64,000 nucleotides of DNA from positions 2,091,205 to 2,155,204 of the forward strand of contig MU053559.1 in NCBI GenBank assembly GCA_013239625.1. The letters run 5' to 3'. The position numbers and the translations under genes are program-made. Below, one piece after another: positions 52,228-64,000 of this stretch; positions within the stretch are counted from its first letter, which is position 1; every line of letters starts with the position of its first letter. The DNA is from Lama guanicoe. Its lineage: Eukaryota. The notes beneath the pieces are model-generated. The model was not told where the DNA came from. It worked only from the letters and a program-made list of their open reading frames with translations, and searched no databases.

Positions 52228-52863
52228 TAAAGCCACTACAGACCCTCCCCCATCCCCTGCAGATTTCACTGCTGAGGTTTTTGTCCCACGCATTGCCGTG
52301 GTTGCAGATGCTGGTTGCCCAAATTCCTTCCCACTCCCTTTTCCCCACCTCCCCACCAGAGCCAGACCCCCACAGTGGCAGCTATTCTCAGCCGCTGCAG
52401 CTGTGTGCGCGTGCACATGGCCAAAGTCCCCACGGATGCTTGCTGGCCTGGATCTGGCCCTGACTCCTGTCATTGGCTGCCATCACGGGGTGTGCCCGCA
52501 GCTACTCCCTGCATCTGTGCAACCGCATGCGGCCAGCTTAATATTTGTCTGGGTCCACAAAGGATCTCAAGGAGCCAAAGCAGTCCTGAGAAGGAACAAA
52601 GCTGGAGGCATCCCAGTTCCTGGCTTCAAACTCTACTTCAAAGCTATAGTAATCAAAACAGTGTGGTACTGGCATAAAGACAAACACAGAGATCAATGGA
52701 ACAGGATAGAGAGCCCAGAAATAAATCCACACATATATGGCAGATATGGTCAACTAATCTTTGACAAAGGCACCAAGAACACACACTGAGGAAAGGACAG
52801 TAGCTTGGAAAAAAAAGAGAAAAGAAAAGAGAGAAAAAGATAGGAAAAAAGACAAGAAAGAAG
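52228..52863 (+). mobile_element. Chimeric cassette: GC-rich (L1 5'UTR-like) segment fused to an L1 ORF2 fragment and a purine-rich tail
   Basis: 52538-52789 encodes [49 protein letters not shown], clearly L1 ORF2; upstream about 310 bp is GC-rich. Confidence 0.7.
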
Positions 52864-54075
52864 TGTTGCCATTTATGTACATGGCTTTCCGTGCATCTGG
52901 GCTTCCAATATACTGTGGCTTTCTAGACATCGCAGGGGTTCACCTGATACTGAACCTGTCAGGTAATTTCTGCTTGCTTCAGTTCAGCACAGTTTTTTTT
53001 TTTGAATTAATAAACTCAACTCTAAAGCATCTTGCCTATTAGCTAATGAGACAAGTAGGAAAGAATTTGTGTGTTTTGTTTCCCTAGGGCCAATTTAAAA
53101 CATTTTTATGCTTAAAATACAGTGATAGATTATGGAGTAAAAGGCAAAGTCCATGTGGATTTTTTAGATTAGCTACGAAATTTTACTTACTGCCACGAGT
53201 TTATCTGGTAGTGAATACTCTCCTGCTATGCACTCCCCCGTGCCCCACCCCCACGCCATCATCCTTTCTGGTTATGGCTTCTTAAATGGAAACCTTTGAG
53301 AAGTTCTGTTCTAAGATCCCCTAAGACTCTTTAGTACACATTTCATTAAGCAGCTACTGGAGAAATAGGTGCTCTTAGGAACACGTAGCAAGTGGGAGAT
53401 AGACAAAAACTGGTAACTATAATATGCCTTGTTAAGCTTTAATACAGGGATGAGGAAATTGTGGGATTACAAAGAACTAAGATTTCAAGAGATCAGACGC
53501 GCTAGGCAATACCTAACATGATAGTTGCCATTTGAGCTGGGTTTTGAAATCTGGATGAGAGTTTGTCAGGGGGAGACAGAAAAGAAAGGGAAATCAAATT
53601 TCAGGCCTGGAGAAAAGAACTTATAAGAGTAAGGAAATCTGAGAAACGTGCAGTGTAGCAAGTCTATGAGTTTCGGGGCGAGGTATATCTTGGGCAGATG
53701 GTGAAGGAGCGCACATGCCATGCTAAAGGATGAATTTTATCCTTTGCTCATTAAAGAGTCAACAGACATTTTTGATGAGAAGAGGTGGGAGGGGATCCTA
53801 ACTCTAATAGAACCAAGAACCGTCTGGGTTGAGGTCGTAAAAGAGGAGCTCACTTAATGTCTCTAGTTTGCCCGTCACCCTCTCCCTCTACCCATACTCG
53901 CATTCAAAGCAGACCCTGAATCAAGAGTTTGGGCACCTGTGGTTTATTTGGGAGGTGATCCTAGGAAGCCGAGAGAATGAGGAAGTAAGACAGGGAAGGG
54001 AGAAACCCATAAAGGACTTGCTAATGAGCAAGTGGGCTTCAATCTTCTGGGGATTTTCTGAGAGCCTGTTTAGAA

Positions 54076-54394
54076 AAGCGCTGTATAATAGAAAAAAAAT
54101 GTCAGCCACGTACGTAATTTAAAATCTAATAACCACATTTGAAAAACTAAATAGGACCAGGTAAAATTAATGATCATAATAGAGTTTATTTATCACACTA
54201 TGTCTAAAATATTATCATTTCAATGTGTGATCAATATAAAAATGTCAATGAGATAGTTCTAGTCTCTTACCCTGTTAAGACTTTAGTATCTGGTATGTAT
54301 TTTATACTTATAGCACATCTCAGATCAGACTAGCTGCAGTTTAAAATGCTCAATGGCCACATGCAACTAGTGGCTACTGTATTGAACGGTGCAG
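54076..54394. mobile_element. MER33-like hAT-Charlie DNA transposon
   Basis: Termini agcgctgtataataga / tattgaacggtgcag; flanks gtttagaa / gtttagga resemble an 8-bp hAT TSD. Confidence 0.85.
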
Positions 54395-54423
54395 TTTAGG
54401 ACACGCTTCAGAAATATTTCTCT

Positions 54424-54711
54424 CACAGACATAATAAACAAACTTATGGTTACTAGGGGGAAACGGGGTGGGAAGGGATAAATTGGGAATTCCAGATTTG
54501 CAAATATTAACTGCTATTTGTAAAACACATATACAACAAGTTTCTTCTGTATAGCCCAGGGAACTACATTCAATGTCTTACAGTAATGTACAATGAAAAA
54601 AGATATGAAGGGGAATATATGTATGTATACATACGACTGAAACGTGATGCTGCACACCAGAAATTGACACATTGTAACTGACTATACATCAATTAAAAAA
54701 AGAAAAAAAAA
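54424..54711 (+). mobile_element. Young L1 3' end
   Basis: Perfect 14-bp TSD agaaatatttctct at 54410-54423 and 54712-54725. Confidence 0.93.
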
Positions 54712-55300
54712 AGAAATATTTCTCTGAGGATCAAGGAAGGTGGGGTATGTATACCCACTAACTCTACCCCACATCAATTGAAGGGCACCCCTGAGGCATG
54801 AACACTGTGATACTTCTGGACTGTCTCAAGTTCTGGTCAAAGTGGTCAGAGAGCACCCTCAGGTAGAGACACAGGAAACTATATATGAAACCCTCCAGGG
54901 CAGGCACAGGGGACGTGGGTTAAGGCACTGACAGCATCGGCTGCTCTGGAATTTTTCTAAATTCCAAACTTTTTTCTCCACAAACACATATGAGAATTTC
55001 AGTGATGTCTCGTATTCACTTGTGATTGCACTTCTGTTGGATTTATTTCTTAACATCTCTCTGTCTTTGCTCCCACAGATTTCTGTCATCTCTTTCTTCC
55101 CTACCAGGTTAACAGTAGAGAGAGAAATTGAAACCATGTCTCCTCAAGTATCTTATTTTGTAGGGACACGTAATTTTCCATAAGGTTTTCCAAATAAGAC
55201 ATCCCCATGTGGCATGTTTCGTGATCTTCACAAAAGGAGAGCCAGTTCAGTTGTCCCTGACAGCCACTCAGTAGGAGCCAGAGAAAATTCAAAATGGAGG

Positions 55301-55746
55301 TGTAGTGGACAATCTGGCACCACATCCGGGTCTTCTCTTTATGCTTGAGACACTCATTTCTCCAGCTGGGAGGAGTGTTGGTGGCTGATGATCACAGATG
55401 AGTCCCCAAGCCCTGCCCTCAGCTCACGGTTACACACCCTCCCTGGGTGGAACCTGTATCTAAACAATTGGTAGGGAGTGGAGGAGGTGAAGAGGGTTCG
55501 TATAAAGGCCCAGTCCATTGGCCTCAGTTCACGCCAGCTCTGAAAGGCCATCCCAGGTCCAGAGTTTCCCACGGGAGCAGCCCCCCACCACCGAGGCCTC
55601 CTGTTGTGATGACATCACAGTTCACCTCCTCCTTCTGCTCCCCTTGCTCCCTCACAGGCTTGCTCCTGGAGCATCCCCCGATAAATCTCCTGCACACGGA
55701 TCTCAGAATCTCAAAATCTGTTTCCTGGGAGACCCAGCTTGTGACA
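55301..55746 (+). mobile_element. ERVL solo LTR (LTR16-like)
   Basis: TG...CA ends; ataaatctcctgcacac...tctgtttcctgggagaccc; TSD ggagg / gaagg. Confidence 0.8.
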
Positions 55747-55799
55747 GAAGGGAACTCCACCATCCTCTCCATGTTTTAGCATCCTAACTTAGCTGAAGT

Positions 55800-56379
55800 T
55801 GTGCTGAGGTGGGCAACAGTCCCCAAGACCACCCTCACTTCTGACACCAACTGCAAGTTCATGAGTCCCTCCCCCAAACCACCTTCAGGTTTGACAATTA
55901 GCTAATAGGACGCACAGAATTCACTGAAAGCTGTTACACTCACAGTTTATGCCGGTGAACGGATATGGATGAAAATCAGCTCAGGGAAGGGATGCTCGGG
56001 GCTGAGTCCAGAAAATTTCTCCATGCAGAGCTTCTGGCTGTCCTTCCCTAGTGGAGTCGCAGACGGTGCTGACTTTCCTGACGACACACAGAATATTGCC
56101 ACCTGAGCCTCCATGTTCAGAGGGTTTATTGGAGCTCAGTCACATACATCTGGTTTGCTACTTAACATGACTGACCTTGGTCTCCAGCTGATACCACGTG
56201 ACCCAAAGGCCCTACCCTAAGTCATGTCATTAGACTATCTGAAGTGGCCTCAAAGCCCACAGGTCAACAAAGGCACCTTCATCAGGCCAGACATTCTAGG
56301 GGCTTAGAAATCACTTCCCAGGAACATAGGACATTGGGCAGACTTCTTTGTGAGCAAGGTTGAGTGCTTTACTACGCAG
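55800..56379 (-). mobile_element. MER21-like LTR
   Basis: ccccaagaccaccctcacttctgacaccaactgcaagttc; cacagaattcactgaaagctgtta. Confidence 0.78.
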
Positions 56380-56610
56380 GTTGTAAGATGACTTTGGAAA
56401 GAAAAAAAGTAGAGATCTCAATTCCATAAGGATATATTATCTGGAAATGCCTGTCCTAATGTAAATGAAGTTATTACACACATTATATGATGCACAGATT
56501 CATTCTCTTAATATTAATGTTTTATAAATATGTCTATTAGGCTGGTAAAGGGAAATAAATTTGAATTTGACTTTGAAGGCAGAAATGGCTCCTCTTTCTC
56601 CTTTCACTTT

Positions 56611-56747
56611 AATTTTTTTTCTTTTTTGGGGGGGGGAGGAAGTGATAATTAGGTGTATTTCTTAATTTTTAACGGAGGTCCTGGACATTGAACCCAAGAC
56701 CTTGTGCATGCTAGGCAGGCACTCTACCACTGAGCTACACCCTCCCC
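56611..56747 (-). mobile_element. tRNA-Ala-derived SINE (Vic-1-like)
   Basis: tRNA-like head; TSD tctcctttcactt / tctccttttactt. Confidence 0.9.
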
Positions 56748-57166
56748 TCTCCTTTTACTTGCAAACATTAAAATGGTTTTGCTTAGAGAGAGAATGAGTT
56801 TGTCGGGCAAATGAGGAATGTATTTTCTGCTTTATTAAGATACGTTCATCAACTTTCATTTTACTTGGTATGGAAACCCCTCCCCCAACTCCTTCGTGTC
56901 TGCTGCCTGCATCTCTCTCTGGGGGGGGGGCTCCTCTGGGTAGCTGAGTTACGGGTCCACCCCGGATCAGATTCAGCATCAAATGATACACACAGACACG
57001 AGAGACACAACGATTGTGCAAGTGCACTACAGACGGCCCAGACCATCAGACTGGCCATACCCTCCTCAGCCTGCTCCCTTTCTTACCAGGAGTAAGATCT
57101 GCACTGTAACAAGCAAAAGCAACCCCCATATCTATGATGTCTAAAAACAACAATACAAACTCTGAA

Positions 57167-57180
57167 GTCACCATGGAAAC
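57167..57180. promoter_or_regulatory. RFX X-box-like motif
   Basis: GTCACCATGGAAAC matches the X-box pattern GTnnCCATGGnAAC; motif match only. Confidence 0.35.
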
Positions 57181-57237
57181 TGCCTCCCACTAGCATTTGC
57201 CTTTCAGAGATTTTCAGAAGCATTTATCCACAACAAA

Positions 57238-57247
57238 TCAGCAGCAG

Positions 57248-57278
<31 letters not shown>

Positions 57279-57302
57279 CCCAAAACCAAAAAAACAAAAA
57301 AA
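57238..57302. repeat. (CAG)4 followed by a long poly(A)/A-rich tract
   Basis: Read directly from the sequence. Confidence 0.9.
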
Positions 57303-59329
57303 CGGAGACAGATGATTCTAATTATAAATCCCTATGCTTACTAGAAGATTTACCAAGAAATAAAAAAGAAGGGGACTTTAATCCAAACTTCATTAAACAT
57401 TTATTTTAAGAAGCCTTAACTTACCTATTTCCTAGGGGGAAAAGAATCCTCCAAAAAAAAAGGCATGTAAAACACAGCTTTTATAAGTGCTTGGTTTTAC
57501 ATATCTCATAAATATTTATATGTCAAAGTAACATGTATTTGCATCTTCGTTTTGAAATTTGTTTTATTGACAAATTTGATATTTTTATGAGGCAAAATAG
57601 GTCGCAAGGAACAGCGAGCCAATTCGTAACTCAATACCCTTAGTAAACACAAACTCCACATAATAGATTTTTGACTTCCATCAAGAACCAAGAAGGCTGG
57701 GATATTTAGGGTTTGTCTCCTGGAGGGTGCCAGCCTGTGGAAGGGAGGTAAAGGGAGAGCTTAAGAAAGAAAGCAGGTGTTAGTTGAAGTTGTATGTCAA
57801 AGCTAGGGATCAGCCTTGTTTGCAAAAGTCACCAAAGTGCAAATAATTCTGCCCAAGGTGGACATAAGAATTAGAAAAAACTTACTAGCTTTGGTAGCCA
57901 ACAGAGCTTAAGAAGGTCTCAGCTTGTTTCAGGAACTGAAGTCAGATCCCATTTCCTCCCGGAGTTTTCAAAGTTTCTCCAACAGAAATCAATCTCCCCA
58001 TCTTTCAGTTTCCTAAAGCACATTGTGCCTCTCTTAAGCCATTTCGTAATATTTTGCCTTATGTTATAGTTATTTTTGTACCTCCCTCTGGTACAAAACC
58101 CTGTGAAAGTAGAGAATCCTCTTATATATCTTTTTTTTTTAACCCCATAGCCCCCACCACAATTCCTTGCACATTGTGGGAGTTAACATAGGTTTGTGAA
58201 ATGAATTCAGGAAATCCAGCTCTAGCGCAAGATTAAACCTAGGATACTTTTTAGTTCATAGGGAGGTTTTTTTTTTTTTTGATTAAGCAAATGTACCCCT
58301 AACAAGGTAACCAGAAAGGAATCTCCTTAATGGGAAAACTCACTGATTGACTTTGTAATTTGCCGTTTTTCTCAAGAACATCTAATATGGAAAGCTACAC
58401 ATGCGCCCGTACAGAGTATTTGGCATAAAATAACACATATACAGTATGGTAAATATCAAGGAGGAAATTTACCCCATTTCCTGCTAGAACTGACTGCTAG
58501 AATATTCATCAGGGAGCTAGGGAAGAAAATGACCTTTCGCTTAATTTGAATTCATGAATCTTTTCCAGATCATAGATGAGTTCTGAAAATATACAGCCCG
58601 CAAATTGTCCACCAATTTACTTCAGCTGGATGATCCCACGAGGCTACGTATTACTGCAGTGAATAAAACAGTCTGAAGAAGGAAATACAGAACAAATGCT
58701 AATTTTTCAGTTCAGTAAACATTTGCTGATTACATATTTCTCTATAGATCACCGAGTGAGGTGCTGGGTTGTGGAGGGAACAAAGATGTATCAGATAATC
58801 ACTGTTACCTATTAAGTACCAGATAGAAGCCACGGACTTTATATTTACTTCCCAGAGCAACCCTGTAACACAGATATTCTTCCCATCACTTTGTCAACTA
58901 GAAAGTGGAGGCTTCGGGAAATTAAATAACTCTCCCAAGGTTACATAGTAAGTGATAGAATCAGAATTTGATCTGACTCTAGAATCCGTGTGACTCCCAC
59001 AAATCAAAATCCTTTCCTTTAAGGAGTCCTGACTCACTTTTATTCTAATTTACCTAATTAGGTGCTAAATTATATAATACCAATTATTTTAAAACATATC
59101 CTCTGATCTGAGTTTATCTTTTGTCCTCAACTAGGTTATAAGCTCCCTGAGGGCAGAAACCATACCATGATTCTGTAACTTTCCTCAGAGTGCCTGATAT
59201 GGTTCTGAATATATAAAATTTCCTCCATATATACTAGTGGTTGGATAAATTTTCCCTCAGCCTGATTTCTGGAGTGTAAAATGGATACCTGTCATCCAAG
59301 GGTAAAAGAAGAAGGAAAAATGAATATAT

Positions 59330-59540
59330 CATGATAACAGTTTTTATCAATTGACCATTCACTCCTAGCTGATGTATATTATCTCATTTAATTCTCAAAA
59401 TAGATATTATTATCCCCACTTGGCAGATGAGAAAGCTCGGGCTTAGAAAAATTAAGTATCTGGCCCAAGGTCACAGAACCAGTAGTTCAGGAAGCAAGAA
59501 TTCAAATGTTTCGTCTACCCAGAGCTCATGCTCTTAGCTC
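59330..59540 (-). mobile_element. MIR SINE
   Basis: cagatgagaaagctcgggcttagaaaaattaagtatctggcccaaggtcacag. Confidence 0.75.
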
Positions 59541-60129
59541 TTTCATTGTCTTTTCTAAAACCCCATAGATTGTAAGCTACACCCTCGATTTAATATGAGT
59601 TCTTCAAAGAAATAAGGAACAGCACCACATTAAATGAATACATTGATTGAAAAGCGTATCTCAATTTCAGAATAGGAAAATGGGTATCTCAAGAGGCCAA
59701 GAAAATGAGGTCCATCATATTGGCACCATGGTTTATAGTTTCCTTTGAATGCTGATGTCAAAAAGACAAAGAGAACTTCTGAAGTGTAGTATTAATGGCA
59801 TTTAGCAAAGTGCTGAAAAGATCCCAAGATTCCAGGTATTCAGTGCATAACCCTTTGGAATTAGAAACTTCCTGTGCTCCTGTGAATAAGTAACACCATC
59901 CACATGACCTATGTCAAAGGGTTCAAACTGACCTGAAAAGTTGTCAAGATAATTTTTAATAAGGTTTTATAGTTCTAACATAGAGGGTTTTGTTTGTAAT
60001 TTATGTTTGTTTTTAAAGAATGCCTTCAGGAAACATTAATAAAAAACAGCTCTCCTCCCCGGTCTTGAAAGCTTCCTCACCCTATCCACTCCCATGTCAC
60101 TCATCCTACGATGGACCCTCACTGCTTCT

Positions 60130-60409
60130 TTTTTTAAATTTTTTTCTTTTTTTCCCTTTAACTTAAAAAAAATTTTTATGTATTTATTTTACAATATATT
60201 TTTAAATTGAAGTATAGTTGATGTACAGTATTACATGTTCCAGGTATGCAATACAGTTTCACAAATTTTTAAAGGTTATACTCCATCTATAGTTATTGTA
60301 AAACATTGGCTCTATTCCCCCATGTTGTACAGTACATCCTTGTAGCTTATTTTATACCTGATGGTTTGTACCTTTTAATCCTCCACCTCCATCTTGCTCC
60401 TCCCCCTTT
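60130..60409 (-). mobile_element. L1 3' end
   Basis: ttgaagtatagttgatgtacagtatt; ggttatactccat. Confidence 0.85.
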
Positions 60410-60561
60410 TAATTATTTTTTTAATTTTCATTTTTTAAATTAAATTTAATTTATTTGGGGGGGGTAGTTAGGTTTATTTATATATTTATTTTTAGAGGAG
60501 GTGCTGGGGATTGAACCCAGGACCTTGTGTATGCTACCACTTGAGCTATACCCTCCCCGCC
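60410..60561 (-). mobile_element. tRNA-Ala-derived SINE (Vic-1-like, with internal deletion)
   Basis: ggggattgaacccaggaccttgtgtatgctaccacttgagctataccc. Confidence 0.88.
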
Positions 60562-61693
60562 GGATCCTAATTACTTTTGACCTGGCCTACAACCCCAAGC
60601 TAGCCCAGACGAACCTTGCTTCTGATTTTACTAGAGTCCTGGTAGGAGCCACAAGACTGTGGGATGAGAAGGGATGACCCACAATCTTGTTGTTACTTCT
60701 GGGATACTATCCCACCCCCTCAAAAAAAAGGAACCCTTATCCTTTTGTGGTCCTTGGAATTTTTAAATTCATCAGACCTAAAGTTCCCCTTACTTGTGAA
60801 TTGGGAGATAAGAACCGATCTCTGTGAATGGGGTTACCAGATGCCCTGCACAAAAAATACCAGTTGTGTAAAGATGGTGTGAGCAGGAGAATCTAGGCAG
60901 GGACTCTTTCTGGTTCCCTACTATATTTAAATGTGTTTGATTCCAAAGAATATGCTATAAAACTACCATACAACATTGCCTCTCCTAAATTGGTAAAACC
61001 CACCATGATACAATGATTTACAGTTGGTTTCAAAGCCCCCTCCTAATTCTACAGCTACCACCTTCAGGATGACTTTTCTGGTCTCCAAACTTTGCTAATT
61101 TGCTTCAGGGCAACAGTAAATATTATTCCTCTGGACTGCTTGGGACTCATGCCGCACCCTTGCTAGACGCTGTGGGTACCTTCTTGCCTTGCGACTTGAG
61201 ATTTGTAATAAAAGACTTTACAGCCCTTCATTAATTAGCACCCATCATTTAAAGGTTCTTGTAAATTACTCAACCCCAAATTTTATGTCCCCCATATAAT
61301 CCAAGTAAACTATGTGTCTCCTGTTCACACCTAAGACTGCCAGATTCCCAGTCTTGGAGGCAATTGTTCCAAATTTTAGGTTGTCCCAGTCAAATAAAAA
61401 ATGTTTTACTAATTGGATATATAAATAATCCCATTATCATGCAGAAGATTTAGCTTGTGAAAACTCACTCTATGCAGAGAAACTTTCTTTCTGTTGGAAT
61501 GAAGCTTCCAGGCTCCATGATGAGGATGAGGAAGGTCGGGTGGAAGTTCTGTTCAAGGGAATGAATTGCCTGGGGAGAATTAAGAGCATCCTGGAATCCA
61601 GTCAAGCCAAGAGATGAGATCCAGATTTTTCTAATATTGCTGGCACCAGAAAGCATAAGGGAGACCACAGGAAACCTTAAGAATGTCACTAAA

Positions 61694-61857
61694 GTGGGGC
61701 GGACACAGCTTAGTGGTAGAATGCATGCATAACACGCATAAGGTCTGGGGTTCAATTCCCAGTACCTCCATCAAATAAAAAGAATAATAATAAATAAATA
61801 AACCTAATTGCCTCCCCCACAAAAAAAACAAAAACAAAAACATTTTAAGCATTTAAA
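61694..61857 (+). mobile_element. tRNA-Ala-derived SINE (Vic-1-like)
   Basis: Perfect 17-bp TSD ttaagaatgtcactaaa at 61677-61693 and 61858-61874. Confidence 0.93.
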
Positions 61858-61889
61858 TTAAGAATGTCACTAAAAAGAAAACAAAAAAG

Positions 61890-62760
61890 GAAACATTTCA
61901 GGTTATGCTGTAAAGGCAGCAAGACACTGGTGAACCCTTTCAGCAAAGAACGAGCAGAAAACTGAAGAGAAGTGTCAAAAACAGCCATTCTAGAGCTTTG
62001 GAACTGGCCAAAGGTAGAAGACTATTTGAGAAGCGTTTATTCTTGAGGAATTGCTTAAGAATCAGGTGAGAACAGCAGGAGTCTGTGGCTTTCGTTCCTG
62101 GGTCTGCTTACAGTCACTGCTTCCAGCTTCATTGGTAAAAACTGAGTTTTACCAGCATGCAGCTGGCCGTGAAGGCCAGCAGCTCTGCTACTGGAGGGTG
62201 AAGACCCCATTTGGGATGGGCGTGGTTTAATCATGGCTCAACGAGCTGTAAGTGACAAATTTGATAGGAAACAAATGAGAATTCCCAGCATTCTTAGTCT
62301 GAGGTTGCAGTCCTGATTGGGGTGAGTAACAAAGAAGTCAAGCATTTAACAGGGAGATCCTAGAAGTGACAGAGCCATAAAAGGGCTGAGGTTAGATCTC
62401 CATATATCCGAATATCTGGGAAAGTGCACACATGCAGAGAGGAAACCAAGAGAACTCAGCAAAGGGTAAAAGCCAAGGGAGAGTTGAAAATGAGTAGCAA
62501 ATTTGACTGTATCCCCCAACCCACACACAAATCAATCAGCAGAAGATGGAAGGCTTAACGGGCTTGAGAAGTTTCAGCATAACCTTTGCCCACTAAGATC
62601 CCACAGAAACACAGGTTATCCCTAGAAAACCAGGCTAAAAACTAAAAACAAGAACAAAAATCTGAGAAGAGGCATCAGTGGCCACACACGATCAGAGAGA
62701 CAGAGTCCATAGTTTAAGGCCAGGAAAGTTCAAAACAAACAAACAAACAAACAAGCAAAA
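61890..62760 (+). mobile_element. Old L1 5'UTR-like fragment
   Basis: Similar in layout to the 5'UTR at 41030-41900 (tgtcaaaaacagccattctagagctttggaa; atcagtggccacacacg). Confidence 0.55.
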
Positions 62761-62838
62761 AACCAGGGAGCACACAAATGGCTAATAAACCAAAAATAGG
62801 TTCGATCTCCCAACTAATCAGCAAAACACAATTGATCA

Positions 62839-63053
62839 ATTTGTAGATACTGACAGGTATGTATAGAATAGATAATCAAGATTATACTGTATAGCACAGG
62901 GAAATACATACAAGATCTTGTGGTAGCTCATGGTGAAAAAGAATGTGACAATGAATATATGTATGTTCATGTACAACTGAAAAATTGTGCTCTACACTGG
63001 AAATTGACACAACATTGTAAACTGACTATAACTCAATAAAATAAAATTAAAAA
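62839..63053 (+). mobile_element. Young L1 3' end
   Basis: TSD aaaacacaattgatca / aaaacacaaattgatca. Confidence 0.9.
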
Positions 63054-63079
63054 AAAACACAAATTGATCATTGTACTGG

Positions 63080-64000
63080 TGAACACCCAAACATACCAGA
63101 TATATGAGAGTTAACATTAAAATAGCTTGATAAATCATTGGGAGAAATCTTAAACTATTTGATGAGTACTTTCGAGACATCCGATTATCTGTATGTGGAA
63201 AACAATAGATTTTTACCCATCCTATTGACAAAAGATAGATTTTGAATACATGTACCTGAATGTGAAATCAAAATTTTAAAACTATAAGAAAAAAAATGCA
63301 GGCGAATATCTTCATGTCCTCAGCATAGGTTACAAAATAAGCACAAGTCAAAAAGGGAAATATTGATTAGTTGGGCTACATTAACATGTAAAACTTCTGT
63401 ATAAAAATATGTCATAAATGACACCGAAACTTGAACAACTGCTTGGGAGACTATATTTGCAATGTGTATAACCATCAAATGATAAGTATCCAGAACACAT
63501 GAAGATCTTCTAGATATCAATTAGAAGTAGACAGATCAGAAAAAGATGGGTAAATGATATGAACAGGCAGTTCACAGAAGACAGCACACAAGTGGTTCAT
63601 AAACATTTAAAAAAAAAGTTTCAGCTTCTCAAGTAATCAGGAAAATGCAAAAAAAAAGAGACAAAATTAGATTCTATTTCACACCTTCAGATTAATAAAA
63701 AATAAAAAATCAGATAATGTCAAGTGTTGCTGGATCTCTGGCAAGCTAGGAACACTCAAACACTGCTAACAAGAGTATAAATTGGAGCAAGTACAATGTG
63801 GCACTAAAAATACCTAGCATTCCACTTTAAGGTATGTATCCCAGAGCAACTTCCACTTACGTTCAAGGAGACATGTGTTGTGCATTGCACGATTGCTATA
63901 ATAGAAAAATAGCAAAAACTAGTAACAAGTGAATGCTCATCACACTGGGATATATTTATATAATGAAGTACTGCACAGCTGTTGTAAATGAACTGACTCT
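63080..64000 (+). mobile_element. Old L1 ORF2 C-terminal fragment
   Basis: atatgaacaggcagttcacagaaga; cagggaaatgcaa-like motif; cctagcattccactttaaggtatgtatcccagag. Confidence 0.75.

Larger units (their letters stand above)
53870..54930 (-). mobile_element. Old ERVL LTR (LTR33-like) split by MER33 and an L1
   Basis: aagcagaccctga...ggtttatttgggaggtgatcctaggaagc; resumes after 54725. Confidence 0.55.

Noticed and set aside
52160..52789. 209-aa ORF as a host protein-coding gene
   Set aside because: The C-terminus is L1 ORF2 and the N-terminus crosses a poly(A) run; there is no promoter or splice support. Kept only as a finding.
60113..60578. Co-mobilised SINE-L1 chimera
   Set aside because: The enclosing repeat (ggaccctcactgctt / ggatcctaattactt) is too degenerate, and an alternative SINE-only TSD (taattatttt / taattacttt) exists.

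Overview
AT-rich, CpG-depleted mammalian genomic DNA. It is most likely camelid (alpaca/llama/camel), because nine tRNA-Ala(AGC)-derived SINEs of the Vic-1 type and many young lineage-type L1 3' ends are present. It reads as intergenic or deep intronic sequence, roughly half transposable-element fossils: L1 of several ages, L2, MIR, MaLR/ERVL/ERV1 LTRs, an ERV-L integrase/dUTPase remnant and hAT-Charlie DNA transposons. I cannot support any intact protein-coding gene; the ORF-track entries are repeat-derived or chance ORFs. I did not find a convincing new biological system. The most notable structures are: (1) a TSD-flanked 311-bp orphan retrocopy, apparently of an mRNA 3'UTR, inside a cluster of three TPRT insertions; (2) a GC-shifted chimeric cassette carrying the window's longest ORF; (3) two 5'-intact L1s fused tail-to-tail; (4) a MER41-like LTR; (5) a pre-miRNA-sized hairpin; (6) several exon- and microexon-like splice-site pairs. 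Repeat family names come from recall of consensus sequences, and boundaries not anchored by TSDs are approximate.
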